64,000 nt of DNA from the human T2T-CHM13v2.0 reference genome, Homo sapiens, in NCBI RefSeq assembly GCF_009914755.1, contig NC_060935.1, one strand, 5' to 3'. Below, piece after piece: positions 45,201 to 60,695 of the stretch. Made by a program: the position numbers and the translations under genes. Within the stretch, counting starts at the first letter, position 1. Each line of letters opens with the position of its first letter. The notes beneath the pieces are model-generated. The model was given only the letters and a program-made list of their open reading frames with translations. It ran no database searches and was not told the DNA's origin.

Positions 45201-46077
45201 CTGAGTGAGAGAGTCACCAGGGAATTCTTCCAGCATGATGACTTTCGGTTTCACAATACCAAATCAAAGAACCTGCACTGAGCTAAGACTCATCCCAGAA
45301 AAGACTTAGGAAAAGACACCAAACACTTAGAGGGAGTCTTCTAAGTGTTTGGAAGAAAATCTGTCCTGAAAGAGAACTCTCTGTCCATGAAGGATGGGTC
45401 CATTTCAAAGAGAAGATACGTAACTTCCCCTATGTGATTAATTTATTGGCAGGATAACTTGCATCAGTTTAAAGGCATTTCATCCACAATGAGCAAAAGC
45501 TAAATGCACTAAATCTTCTTTCACGGAACGTGTATTTTTTGAACTCTTAGCGGTTTGCATTTAATGCTTTATTTTAAAATCAGATTTAATCATTTCATAT
45601 AACTAGTACTTCTTCAGGAAGATGGATTTCATTTTACCTCTACATCTATTACCCCAGGTCAGAACTGCAATGAATTGTAATGCCATTTGAAACCACTAAT
45701 ACAGCACTCAACAATCCAGTTAGTAAGTGAGTCTGAAAACACAATTTTCCAAAATGACTATAGTGCTCCCACTTCCTATTCTTAAATATCTAAGACACTA
45801 ATTGAATGTCCATACTATTTTATTTATAGGTCTTTCTCAAATACTCTCACAATAAAACCACCAATTTTAATTCCTACTTCCATAAAAGCTCTTTGTTGGC
45901 TCTATTTTGAAGACTTAACAGAGCTGTATTTTTAAAAAAATCAATTTGATAAACAAAAAAACATTTTCTTATGATACTCAGAGATCTCTACAGCATATAG
46001 CTTGATATTTTTTAACAACAGGAACTAAGGACAAAACTAAAAAGTGTAATTCTCAATTATACAAAACAAATAGGTAT

Positions 46078-46447
46078 TGTATTAGTCTGTTTTCATACGG
46101 CTATAAAGAACTGCCCAAGACTGGGTAATTTATAAAGGAAAGGGGTTTAATTGACTCACAGTTCAGCATGGCTTGGGAGGCCTCAGGAAACTTACAATCA
46201 TGGCAGAAGGCAAAGGGGAAGCAGACACTTTCTTCACAAGGCAGCAGGAAGAGGGGAAGAGCCACTTATGAAACCATCAGATCTCATGAGAATTCACTCA
46301 GTCTCACGAGAACAGCATCAGGGAAACTGTCACCATGATTCAATTACCTCCACCTGGTCTCTCCCTTGATACGTGGGGATTATGGGGATTATGGGAATTA
46401 CAATTCAATATGAGATTTGGGTGGGGACACAAAGCCTAATCATATCA
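46078..46447 (-). mobile_element. Solo THE1D-like MaLR LTR
   Basis: tgtattagtc...catatca termini; 5-bp TSD ggtat/agtat. Confidence 0.9.
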
Positions 46448-48672
46448 AGTATGTATGTGTATAAGTATATATGTACATGGTATATATCCTCTTAATTATC
46501 TTTTAAAATTTTCATCCATATCACAGCCTTCTGGGCTATGGTATGTTCAGAAACATAAAACCAATGAGATAAGTCACCAAAGCAAACCCTACAGTGGAGA
46601 AGTGGCCACAACATAGCATCAGTAGTGGAGAAGCAACCACAGAATCTAGAAATTACAAAGAATATCTGAGGACATCTGGCACAGCATGAAATTTCTTTCA
46701 TAGAAGATCTGATGGATACTGACATGGACATTGTTTAAAGTTTTCCAATGACTGGGAACCCATTCCTTAATTTCCTCAAGAAGCTTATTTCATTGGACAC
46801 CACCAGAATGTTTTTCCTCATAATGAGCCAAAATTATCTCCTTATAAAACTTCTTACAGGTCATACGTAATTATGTCATTCTTACAGATACGTCTAGTCC
46901 TTCTTTAACAGGTTTCTGCCTTTCAGATATGAAGAAAATGATCATGTGTCCCCTTGGTCATACCTCCTAGAGGTTGTCTTTTCTACAACCCCAACACACT
47001 CACCTGTCCTTCATATCATTTAAAGGTCTTCACTATCCCAGTCCCTTCACCTTCTGGGTGAAATCCAATTTGCCAATATTTCTACTAAAAAAAAATGGCA
47101 TCTAGTACTAAAAGTAAAATTCCACAAATTATTGATAACATTACTCATGAGAAAGCAGATATGTAGGAAAGGATCAAACTCAAGAACCCTCTGCTTCATA
47201 GGGAGCAAGTCTTGACATGTACTATGGAAATGACTAGATGAACAGAAAATATAAATCAATGCTATCAAAGACAATGATAAGAAAGATACGGGGAGGGTGG
47301 TAAAAAATAGTGTCATCAAGTTATTCATTCTGAAAGAAGTTAACCCCCCTATATGCTAGTCCACAGCCTAAATTATCTGAAATAATGATAATGTGGGTGT
47401 AATATGACCAAAACTTTCTAAATTTACAATAAGCATAGTTATATAGAGAATAATCATATCCTCTGAAATAAGTTACTTTTAATCTCATCTAAAGAATCAA
47501 ATAAAATAAAAAACACTAGATGTAATTAAGACTGTTTAGTTTCCCTGGAGATTACAGCAATCAGACATTTTAAGTATTCTAAGAATGAAACATTTGAGAC
47601 AATTAAGGAAATCCTATTGAAAAAAATTAGTCTGTAAAACAGAGATAATATGGGACTAAGGAATGGCTTATTAATAACATTCAATTCTGAGTATAACGAA
47701 TACAGCTATTACAATTTCAATTCACTAGTGGCTGAGCTCAAAAAGCTAAAATGCTGCCACTCAATCTGCCTCAAGGATCCAGATCTAATCAGTACAGTCA
47801 CTGCCTGTTACATTTATTGAATCGCAGAATGATTTTAGGCTGAAAGGAATTTAGATGAAAAAAAAAAAAAAAAAGAAAGAAAACAAAGCTAGTAAATGGT
47901 AGGGCCAGAACCTAAGACCAAAATCTGGGACTTTGCTATACTTGGAACAACTCTCCAAATACTTGCAAATAGCTATCATACCCTCCCTTCCCACCTCTAA
48001 CCAATCTTCTTTCAAGGCCGGGTCCTTCAATGATTCATAATGTAGGGAGGATTCCAGAACAAAGTCCTACATAAGTGACCTCTGGAACTTCATACATATT
48101 CCTTCATGTCTGAAGTGCCAGCCTGGACTGTGTCTTGAGAGAATGAATACTGTTAACTGGATACATTAAGGATGGCTGCTCAACAAGACTAGAACTCCTG
48201 AGCTGCTGGGCCACTCCTCAACTTTCAGTTATTAATAACACAAATAAGGCAGGGCAAGAGAGGCCTGAGAGACACAGCCTTGGAGCAAGCCAATCAGTGA
48301 GAGACTATGGGCAATGATCAGAGCAAGACTATGATAATGCCAACGTCAGCAACACCAGAGGATAAACCTCTGGTTTAGGCGCCTTCCTCCTTATGCCTGG
48401 CCCTTCTCCAACAGCTCTCTCTCTACTAGGTCTCAGCCATCCAATAGGAAAGGTCTTTTCTGTTACCAAGTGCCAGGGCAAACAGGAGATAGACCCTTTC
48501 AGACAAAGCATACAGCCACAGAGGGAGCTCTCCATGAAGTGAAAGGTCATAACCCTAAGGTAAACAGGCAGTTAATCTAGACAGGATGCTATATGAAGAC
48601 AATGAGGAAGGCAAAATCCCAAAATAGCAGATTCTTAGAGAAAATGCTACAGACAAAAGACAAAGAAAATGA

Positions 48673-49271
<599 letters not shown>

Positions 49272-49374
49272 AAAAATGATTTTTTTAAGCTAGCGTTAGA
49301 AGAAGAGCAAGTCCAAGACAGATGTTAATTAACTACAAATTGTGTTTCTGTCTTATCCAACAAAATGGACCTCA

Positions 49375-49986
<612 letters not shown>

Positions 49987-50252
49987 ACCTGACTTCAAAT
50001 CCCAACCCAACCTGGCATAACAGGGTCTCTGTAAAATGGCATGCTAGCCTGTCCAGTCATTGTCTGCCATTATTCTTCTAGATCTCAACTTCCTCTAAGA
50101 CTTACATGCTTTTCCACCTCTAGGCCTTTGAGTCTGCTGCTCCTTCTGCCTCAGCTTCCTCTTCCCTTTTGCTCATCCCTCCCTGACTTCCCCCAAGCAG
50201 ACACAGAAGTGCTCTCCTCCATCTCCCTTCACACCAACCAATGTGTCTGTTA

Positions 50253-50597
<345 letters not shown>

Positions 50598-51639
50598 TTA
50601 TTAGCTTGTTTCCCTCCACAACAGATTATGAGCTCGACATGGAGTGTATCTTTTTATCTTTGTATCCCAAAAACCTAGCATAGTATCTGGCTCATAATTT
50701 AGTAAGTGAATGACTCAAATTAGGGAAGTGAGGATGAGTGCAGTGGCAACTGCATGCCAGGCTGTGTGTCATGTGTATCTGGCATCTCTCCCTCAGTGAT
50801 TTGTGACAGACAGAATGGTGTCTGATGCACAGTAGGTGATCAACAAAAACAATAAATTAAGCGAACAAACATGAAAAGAGCTATAACAGATTCAGCAAAG
50901 TATTATTTATGACATCAAGTATGAAGCTCCCTTCAAACTCTAAGACTCTATGGAGTTTTTTTAATTGCATTTATACAAATTTATTAGAAAATTTGAAAAC
51001 ATTTTTCAATGGGATGGGAAACTAGTATTTATTGAAGGGCTACATATTTGTTAGGCACTTTACCTATGATATTTGCTTTTCAGAATTCTGGGAAATTGTA
51101 ATTATAAGCCCCATTTTATAGAAAAAGGAACCAAAGCTAGAAATGCAGGACCAAAATTTGAACCCAGGTGAGCCTGAGCTCACCAATCCTAAGCTTTTCC
51201 ACACTGCACGCTTGAACCTCTGGAAAGAACACGAGGCACACCTCCCTATCATTCCACTCCAAGAAAAGGAGTTCTGAACAAGCCACGGCTCAACTGGATC
51301 ACAATTCCAGAGGGAGGAGTTTTCAATGGAAGGTAAAAAAAAAAAAAAAAAAGATGAAAAGTTCTTTCTTCCCTTGAAGATCATCATCTTTTCTTTGTGG
51401 AAAGGTTCACATGGCCCTTCCTGTTTCTCCCATGAGGCTGTAGGGAAAATCTTAAGGCCTCTTCTTGGGAAAGGGCAATCCTTCCTTTGCTCTTCCCTTT
51501 CCCCAAGGGGTCAAGCGGGAATCAGGTTACAATCCTGAAAAAAAGATGGCAAAGGGGCACCCATATGGGTCTACTTAGAGGCCTTAAGTGAGATTAGACA
51601 GGGAAGCAGCCTTGAAGCTTACATCCTCAACAGGCCAAT

Positions 51640-51997
51640 TATCTTAGTTCAGGCTGCTCTAACAGAATACCATAGACTGGGTGGCTTAAACAACAAACAT
51701 TTATTTCTCACAGTTCTGGAGGCTGAGAAGTCCAAGACCAGGACACCAGCAGATCTGATGCTTGGTGGGGGTACTCTTCCTAGTTTGCAGATGGCCATCT
51801 TCCTGCTCTGTCCTCTCATGGTAGAGAACAGAGAGCACTCTCATCTTTCCATTCCCTTATAAGGTCACTAACAGCATTCATGAGGGCTCCACCCTCATGA
51901 CCTAATTATCTTTCAAATGGCCCAAAATACCAGCACACTGGGGATTTAGACCTCAACATATGAATTCTGAGGGGACACAAACATTCAATCCATAGCA
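51640..51997 (-). mobile_element. Solo MLT1A-like MaLR LTR
   Basis: ataccatagactgggtggcttaaacaacaaacatttatttctcacagttctggagg; TSD ccaat/ctaat. Confidence 0.85.
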
Positions 51998-52184
51998 CTA
52001 ATGCACCAAATTATATCCCTAGATGGAAATTTGGAGCCAAAGTCCTGTTAGCAATATGGAATGTTCCTTTGCCTGGAATGTCCTCTGTGTAGGATGGTGG
52101 CATGTAACTGGAGTGACAAGGAATCAGCCAAATTTTGTCTCCCCAAAACATGCCTGACGAGTTGACTTTAACAAGTGAAATGAA

Positions 52185-53415
52185 GTGTACAACAAACAGT
52201 CAGGACAACTGAATAGCTACACATAAAAGAATGAATCTGGACATCTACTTCAAATCATAAACAAAACTTAACTCAAAATGGATCCAGAATCTAAATATAA
52301 GAGCTAAAATTACAGAACTTTTAGAAGAAAACATAGTGGTAAATCTTTATGACCTTGTATTAGGCAATAATGTATTTTAGATATGGCACCTAAACCAAAT
52401 AAAAAATATATTGAACTTCATAAAATTAAAAATTTTTGTGCTTCAAGGAACACTACCAAGGAGGTAAAAAGACAATCTACAAAATGGAAGAAAATATTTG
52501 CAAATCAAATATCTGAGAATAGTCTAATATCCGGACTACATAAAGAACTCTTACAACTGAACAAGAAAAAGACAACCCAAATTAAAAACAGACAAAATAT
52601 TTGAATAGGTATTTCTCCAAAGAAGATATACAAATTGCATATCTTCATATTAACACATGAAAAGATCCTAACACCATTAGTTATCAGGAAAATGTAAATC
52701 AAAACCATAATGAGATACCACTTCACACATACTAGGATGGCTATACTCAAAAAGACAGTAACAAGTTCTAGTGAAGCTATGGAGAAATGAGAATGCTCAT
52801 ACATTGCCGTTGGGAATGCAAAATGGTACAGCCACTTTGGAAAACAATTTGACAGTTCCTCAAAAAGTTAAACACAGAGTTACCATACGATCAGCAATTC
52901 CACTCCTAGAGAACCCAGAAGAACTGATAATATATGTTCACACAAAAACTTGTACATGAATATTCATAGCAGCATTATTCAAAATACCAAAAAAAAAGAA
53001 AATAACCCAAATGGTCATCAACTGATGAATGGATACACAAAATGTACCATACAATGGAATTCTATTTGGTCATAAAAAGGAATAAAGTACTGATACATAC
53101 TACAACAGAAATGAACTTTGAAAACATCATGCTAAGGGAAAGAAGTCAGATGCAAAAGGCCACATATTGTATAATTCCATTTATATAAAATTTCCATAAC
53201 AGGCAAATCTACAGATAAAGACTGATGTTTGCCAGGGGCTCAGGGAAAGGGAGAACAAGGCATGACTGCTATTGGATGTGAGGATTCTTCCTGAGGGTGA
53301 TAAAAATGTTCTGGAATTAAATAGTAGTTATGATTGCTAGTGTCACTACTATTTAACTAGTGTGCACTTTAAAAGGGTGAATTTTATGGTATGTAAATTA
53401 TATCTCAATAAAAAA
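52185..53415 (+). mobile_element. L1MB ORF2 end/3'UTR
   Basis: IKNFCASRNTTKEVKRQ; terminus tatatctcaataaaa. Confidence 0.85.
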
Positions 53416-55423
53416 AGTGAGGTGCAACTATAAAAAGGAGCCAAGTTTACATATTATATGTACCATCAAAGAGATATGACAGAAAAGCAATAAAGAAGTT
53501 AACTTGAAAATCACTGCTGGATATTGGTGTTTACTTTTATAATAACAAATATGAAAAATATTGAATTTTATTGCCATAAACTGAAAACCAAAATAAAGAA
53601 GATTGAGAGAAAAATTAATTGGATTTCCATGAAAAATATCCAAGGATAAATATTTGCTTTCTTCCCAATATTTCAGCTGTTTGGAAGCTGAGCTCCTTAG
53701 AGCAAAGATAAGAGCCTCGATGTTAGATTTGCTAGCAGCAAACAAACTTGAAAGAATTCAAGTCTAAGAACCTGAGCCTCAGATGCACTGCCTTTGGTAA
53801 ATGGTAAATGGATTTTCTCCCAGTGAGCTCTGTGGTAGACAAGCATTCCACCATGATAATGACAAAGTAACAGAGTAGAACTTTCAATAACCAACATCTC
53901 AACCTTGGAGACTGCATTAACATTTTACGTAAGGCTTTTTTATGAGTCTCTGAATTAATATGTGTGAGTCCAAATGGCCAGTTTTTCCAAATAATCATCA
54001 GCTCATGTTAAGAATACTGAATCACAAGCAAACTTTTTACACATACACTATAAAAGTAAACATATAATACAATATTCTAGAACTGTGCCTGGCATATGAT
54101 CAGCACCCCATAAATATTTATTGAATGAATGTTTATAATAGTCAATATTGTTTACTAAATAACTTTATCAAAAATAAGGATAATAGTATTCCTAAGTGAA
54201 CTTATCTTTATCAATAGAAAATTGTTTTTTCTTAATTTATTTCTAATGTAAACCACATCCTTACTGAACTTCACTGACAAGTCAATGGTTAAGAAAGATA
54301 ATTAGTCCATATATGTAGAAAGGACATTCTAATTATTAAAATTACTGCCCCTCACCTTGTAAACTTTTTAAAATAAAACAACTTCAAGTCAATAAAACTG
54401 TGGGATTTGTGAGGTTAGTAATTTCTTATGCACTTACAATTTATTTTAGTTAATAAACTAAGAAAATATATATTAAAGCTTAAAAATAAGATGCCCATTC
54501 TTCACATTCTAGAGCTCTAAGATAAATCCAAACAAAACACAGTTAGCCTCACTCATATATACTGGAGTTCAGCAGGAAAGGAAATTCTTTCTGAATCGCA
54601 TCTTAAGGCATACCAATTTAACAATGCCAAAAAAGTCAGCAATTAATTTTATATTGCATTTTCCATTTTGTAAGTCTCTTTTTAAAAACAGGGAAGTTAT
54701 TTCTCAGTATTTAACAACTATAGGTGTTTGAAGTACTACATAGTATCATCAGATGAATAAAAGTAGAAAATAGCTCCAGAGAACACATCTTCTCTTTCAG
54801 AAGGATACTTCTTCTGTAAGTCTCTAAGGATAAGCTTCTACAACGTGTGACAGATAAGTCAATGGTTGAAACAGCCATCAGTTCAAACAACTGTCAGAGA
54901 CAGCCTTCCTAAATCTCCCTTACAGCAGTATAAGCTCTTTTCTGCTCCTTGATTCAAGGACACATGAAGAAGACACGAGTACCCACCTTTGTATCATCCT
55001 CTTTTAGATTTTTTATTGGACATCACACTACTCAGCTTTCTTGTACTTATTTTCTTTACCTCTTGATTTGCTAATATTACAAAATAACATTTTTAAAGAA
55101 AATGCAGATAGGTAGCTGGTCTCTTCATGGGAAGGACTTTCTAAGCGTAAAAGCAATGGATCATAAAGGAAAAGATTAACAAGCAGACAACATAAAATTG
55201 TTTTAATTTCTATAAATCATAAGCCATCATAAATGAAAGGGCAATTGTGGGGAAGATGCCCCAAATGACGAAGGGTTAATACTCTCACTATAACAAGAGT
55301 TCACATGGTTCACTGTATGGCCAAGACAGTGCCCCCAGCATTCCCTCATCCTCCATACAGGAAACCGCAATGTCTCTGCAAAAAAAGAGGTTGCAGCTTC
55401 TCTCCTCCAGCTTTGAAAATTAC

Positions 55424-55750
55424 CTTTGTAGGGACATGGATGAAACTGGAAACCATCATTCTCCGCAAACTATCGCAAGGACAAAAAACCAAACACTGCA
55501 TGTTCTCACTCATAGGTGGGAATTGAAGAATGAGAACACATGGACACAGGAAGGGAAACATCACACACCAGGGACTGTTGTGGGGTGGGGGGGAGTGGGG
55601 AGGGATAGCATTAGGAGATATACCTAATGCTAAATGACGAGTTAATGGGTGCAGCACACCAACATGGCACATGTATACATATGGAACTAACCTGCATGTT
55701 GTGCACATGTACCCTAAAACTTAAAGTATAATAATAATAAAATTAAAAAA
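55424..55750 (+). mobile_element. L1PA3-like 3' end
   Basis: cctaaaacttaaagtataat; TSD aaaattac. Confidence 0.92.
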
Positions 55751-56479
55751 AAAATTACTCTGCCTTTCCTTGTCTGTCTTGGTCTTTGCCTCCTACCTGG
55801 ATGCTCTCTTTCTTCCAAGCCCTGTTTGACTCAAAGTTCAGAAAAACAAGCAATCAGCCCAGTCCTGATTCCAGTTTTTGCCCCAGGAAACAGACTATGA
55901 AACAGTTTTCTGCCTTGCCCTGTAGCCTGCAGGGAAGTAACAACTCGCCCCAGGCTCCAGGGATAACTTATTCAACTAATTCCAGCCAAAGCCCAGCATA
56001 GTGGTTCCTGCCTGGGCTGGGGAAGATAAAAATCAAACAATTAAACAACTGGTAAGAAAAAACTAAGACTCCAATACAAAAACCATCAAAAAGCTTTTGC
56101 TAATAGCTAACAATAAGATTTCACTTAAAACATATTAATAATGACAGATGTGAGTTAAAATAAGGAGGTGCCATTTTTATCTGTGAAATTAGCAAAGTTT
56201 TTAAAATAATAATGCTAATATGGGTGTCATAAAACTGACGGTGGCAATGTAAATTGGCATAATCTTTCTGAAAAACAGTATGGCAATGTTTCGATGTTTT
56301 GAGAGCATTCACAATGTTCCTGCCCTTTGACCTCCCTATAATTTCATTTTTGGGAACTGTTTTTTTATTTTTTTTTGAGACAGGGTCTCACTCCATTGCC
56401 CAGGCTGGAATGCAGTGGCAAGTTCACTGCAGCCTCGAACTCTCAAAAATATCTTGGTCTGGATGGTCATGTACATGGT

Positions 56480-56890
56480 CACCCAACTTTTTGGCCACAT
56501 TAAGAGTTTTGTCTTTATTCTAAGAATAATGAGAAGCCATGATGGATTTTGAGCTAGAGGAGGTTGGGGGGTAGCATAATCAAATTTTAGTTGTGAAAAT
56601 ACTACTCCTGCTGCAGGGCAAAGAATGGATGGGAATATTGAAAGGAAAGGATAAATACCTTTAGATTAGTTAAGAGGCTACTACTGGACAACAGATCATG
56701 GTAGATTGGTCTAGGGTAATAGTAGCAGAGACAGAGATACTCAAATGGATTTGAGATTTGGTTTGAAGATAAAATGAATAGAACTTGATGATTGTTTGGA
56801 TATGGAAAGGAAGAAAGTGCGAGGTGTCAAGGATGAGGCCAAGATTTCTGATTTGCAAACTAGAGGTTGGTATGACCCATTGAGATAGCA
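56480..56890 (-). mobile_element. L2 fragment
   Basis: ggtgtcaaggatgaggccaagatttctgatttg. Confidence 0.7.
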
Positions 56891-57735
56891 ACAGAGATTT
56901 ACACGAGCTAAAAATTTAAATGCGCGATATATCTGCATATCCATCACTGTCTAAAGGCACGGGCCTGGAGAACAAGGAAAGAGTTTGGGTTCAAAACTTG
57001 TTGATGTTCCTTTCCATTCACAGAGCCCTCTTTCAAGGCAGGACTATCCTATTTTCTGGTTGGATATTGGAGTCATTTGGTGGTCAGGCAAAAAAGAAGG
57101 TCCTTCTTAGCTGGTGATATGGGACGGGGAGCACCAGACCACTCTTAGCATGCAAATATCCCTTACTAACGCTCAAGTGCTTTTCACATGTACTGTTCAC
57201 AAAACAGCTTCACATATAGGTTCACTGAAACCCACGACCTTGTGAGAAATTATAATCTACATTTAGGAAGCTGAGGGAGAGTTCTTAAATTACCTGTCCA
57301 CAGAGCCAGTACGGGGCTGCTTTATGTCATCCTTTCACCTCCTATGTGCAGCCTCTAGGTGCAAGAGACTATCTTAAGGGCAACAGGAAACCTACCATAT
57401 AATGGGGTCCCACTAGGTACCAGGCTCTAGCAGTTTAAAAAAAAGAAACACAACTTCAGAACTTCTAAGGATGTTTCCCACACACTTACCCCACAGTAAG
57501 TTCGCTTCTAAACTTTCAAAAAGTTTCACGTCCCAAGATGGGGTGAAGGTGAGACGGTGGAGATGAACCGGGGCAGACAGAGACCACCCCAAATACCGGA
57601 CCCGGGGGAAATGGGGTACCAACGGCTGGGCCCCAGGAGACACTCGGAGGGGTCCGCGGGCTCGGCCCGGTCCCTCCGCTGGGGGGTTACCAGCCGGCCG
57701 GCAGCGAGATACCCAGAGGCCCGTTTTTCCACCGC

Positions 57736-57749
57736 GTTGCCATAGCAAC
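57736..57749. promoter_or_regulatory. RFX X-box
   Basis: GTTGCCATAGCAAC matches consensus GTNRCCATRGYAAC. Confidence 0.85.
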
Positions 57750-57828
57750 GGCCTGGCCGGCTGCGCCCCGGGCCGCCCGCCCCATCCCGCGGGCCCGCCC
57801 TGAGCCAGTGACTCCAGGGACCACTCAC

Positions 57829-57990
57829 CGCGGCCGGCGGACTGGCGGGTCTCCGACAGGTGCGCACACTCGGCGCAGGCTGTCGCTGAGCCCGGAATTC
57901 TGCACCGGGAGAAACTTTTCAGCCCGCAGAGCAACCGCAGGGCAGTGGACGGGGGCCGCGCGAGGACAAACAGCGGCGGCGGGTGCAAAG
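57829..57990 (-). other. Non-coding first exon (TSS approximate)
   Basis: Donor GCG|GTGAGT at 57829/57828 inside the CpG island; no minus-strand ATG in 57829-58190. Confidence 0.75.
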
Positions 57991-58044
57991 CCCCTTCTCC
58001 AAGCCGCGGGGTTGGCCGGGAGGTGCCGGCTGCACAACGGCGCC

Positions 58045-58148
58045 CACGTGACCCAGGTGCAGCCCCAGGCGCGCCCAAGGGCAGCTCGCCTTAGAGAAGG
58101 ACCTAAAACCCCGTCTGGGGCACAGAGGAGCAGCCACGTGTTACGTAA
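58045..58148. promoter_or_regulatory. Two CACGTG E-boxes, the second fused to a TTACGTAA PAR-bZIP/NFIL3 D-box
   Basis: CCCACGTGAC at 58043-58052; CACGTG TTACGTAA at 58135-58148. Confidence 0.7.
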
Positions 58149-58731
58149 AATAAAGCTTTGTAGCAGGAATATCACGGTACTGAGGTGATTGATGCTCAGG
58201 CCACTCTTCTCACTCGGAGTCAAGCCCCTCAAGCCCCAGCCAGTTGGAGCAAGGGCTGCAAGCCTTGAACTGCAGTGAGTGGGGAGCTGGCCTAAAAAGA
58301 CGGGAAAATGCTGGGGGGAGGGTGTTTGTCCCCACGCAGGGGCTGAGAAGACTCCTGACAGATCAAATGACGATTCTCAGGGATATGTTTTAGCTACAAA
58401 CCTATGAGAACCATCTGAATGCCTGCCCCATGCAACAGAGGGTCCAGCTGTATGCTAATGTATTTACTGGCCTGAACTAAGAATGGCTTCTGTGGTCCTG
58501 GGTCCTACTCTCTAGCAGTGTGGGGAAGAAATTCAACTCTCCTAATACTAGCCTAATTATTTGAGGCAGATGTTCTCTAAAATTAGCTGATTGATAGCCA
58601 GTAACTTGATACGGCAGGTGGATTCATTGTATTGCTTCGGGGGAGGCTACATTTGGCAACTAGTTCATCCAGTCCTTTTCATCAAAAAACTCAAAATGGT
58701 CATAATGGGTGACTGGTAACTTCAAACTTCA

Positions 58732-59088
<357 letters not shown>

Positions 59089-59333
59089 AACCACTGGACT
59101 GCGTTTTGCCCTGGATTAAACCAGACCACCAAAAAACTGTATGTTTGTACCATTTTGTCTTCACCGTTGGCAACATTGCATGAACCAAGTCATGTTTAGC
59201 ACTATGCCATTTGCTTATATTAAGAGATGCTGTTTAAAAAAATTCATGATACCTCTGCATTTACTAGAGGGATTACTTTAAGAATGTTGTTTATTACATC
59301 TTTGTAGCAGAATCCTACCAGCTTGTCCAGCGC

Positions 59334-59558
59334 AGAGCTTTTCAAACTTTTTTGAGCACAATCCATCAAAATAAATATGTTTTACATTATCACTCAATAC
59401 ACAGGTACTCATATATTTAGTAAATGAAACAAGTTTTATAAAACATTACCCACATCACATGCTATGCACCCTGATACTTTTAATCTCTTTTTAAGGCTAG
59501 TTTCTACCCACTAATGGTTTCTTGACCTTCAATGCAAGTTGCATTTCAAAAACAGCAG
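59334..59558. mobile_element. hAT-Charlie-type MER element
   Basis: cagagcttttcaaac...ttcaaaaacag termini; acccactaatgg. Confidence 0.55.
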
Positions 59559-60344
59559 TATAACCAGATGTCTTTTTCTGGAAACTAGACCTGGATCCTC
59601 AGACAAGGTAACCAGGCCACCTGACTACAGTTGATTGCTCCAATAGTAGGGACCTGACTCAAGATAAGGCAATCATATCCCTCTCCCAGGAATTTGGAAT
59701 TAGGACAGAGAGATTGCAATCTTTCTCTAGGAAGCTAATGTGGAAACACAGAACATCTTTAAAATAGAAAATCAGAAGCCTTCAACAGACATACTTTCCC
59801 ACCATGTGGCCAAAAGCAATGTAGAAAGCCAGGCTGCAGGGAAAATGGGAAAAGAAGAGGAAGGCTGAAAAAGATATACAGAAAGAAGAGACCAAAAGAG
59901 TTCTGACGGCTTTCCATTCCTAGTCATGGTATTTTCTGAAATGAATTGTATTCCTGCCTTTGAATTCCATGTAGTATTTCCAACTCTTTGGAGTTGGGAG
60001 GAGGGGCCTACCACACTAATATAATCACCTATATGCCCCGTATAGGAGGGTCAATGCAAGAAATATATTTCAATCCTGAGTGCCAGAAAAGAACACTTTT
60101 TCCCTAGAGAAACTGACATGACTTTTTTTAATAAAGAAAGCAGACCATGAGATTGATCACATTTCCCTTTCACCTTGACTTCAGGAAGATAGCACCCAAA
60201 TTTGCAACTCAATTTTAATAACTTTGTCAAACTACAGTTTGCATATCTGCATCACAACTTTCTCCTGTTCTCTTTCATTTCCCCTCATTCCTACTTTTAT
60301 CTTTTTGTTGTACTGACTATTATTTTAAACTGCTTCAAATATTT

Positions 60345-60695
60345 TGCACTTGCTGTTTCCTCTTTCTGTAAGGCTCTGCCCCTGTATCTCCTAAAGCCTG
60401 GTTCCTTCTCATCATTCAGATCTCAGCTCACTTGCCACCTCCTCAGAGAAGCCTTCCTTGATCTTCCTACCTAAAATAGCCCCACCCCACAGTCTATCAC
60501 ATCACCCTGCTTTGTTGTCTCAGAGCACTTAACACCATCTAAAACAAGCTCTTTATTTTCCCTGTTTCCTCACCAGAAGCTAAGCTCCAAGACAGCAGGG
60601 ACCTGGCCTCTTTGTTTATTGCTTGTTCCTAGTGCCTGGGAACAGTGCCTGGAACTTAGTAGCTAGTTAGTAAACATTATGGAGTTAATAAATAA
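60345..60695 (+). mobile_element. L2a 3' end
   Basis: gccacctcctcagagaagccttcc...aacagtgcctgg. Confidence 0.8.

Larger units (their letters stand above)
57520..58170. promoter_or_regulatory. CpG-island promoter of a minus-strand gene
   Basis: Abrupt high GC and dense CpGs, GC boxes (cccgccc). Confidence 0.92.

Noticed and set aside
53428-53998. Overlapping minus-strand ORFs and a plus-strand exon-like stretch (CLEAELLRAKIRASMLDLLAANKLERIQV*)
   Set aside because: Short, no recognisable homology, no partner exons or plus-strand promoter found; compatible with chance.
57829-57990. Assigning a gene symbol to the host gene
   Set aside because: No coding exon recognised in the window; identity needs a BLAT search.
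57413-58232. Overlapping 113-221-aa ORFs in the CpG island
   Set aside because: Stop-codon depletion from high GC; the minus-strand ORFs use non-ATG starts and some cross the exon-1 donor; no recognisable domain.
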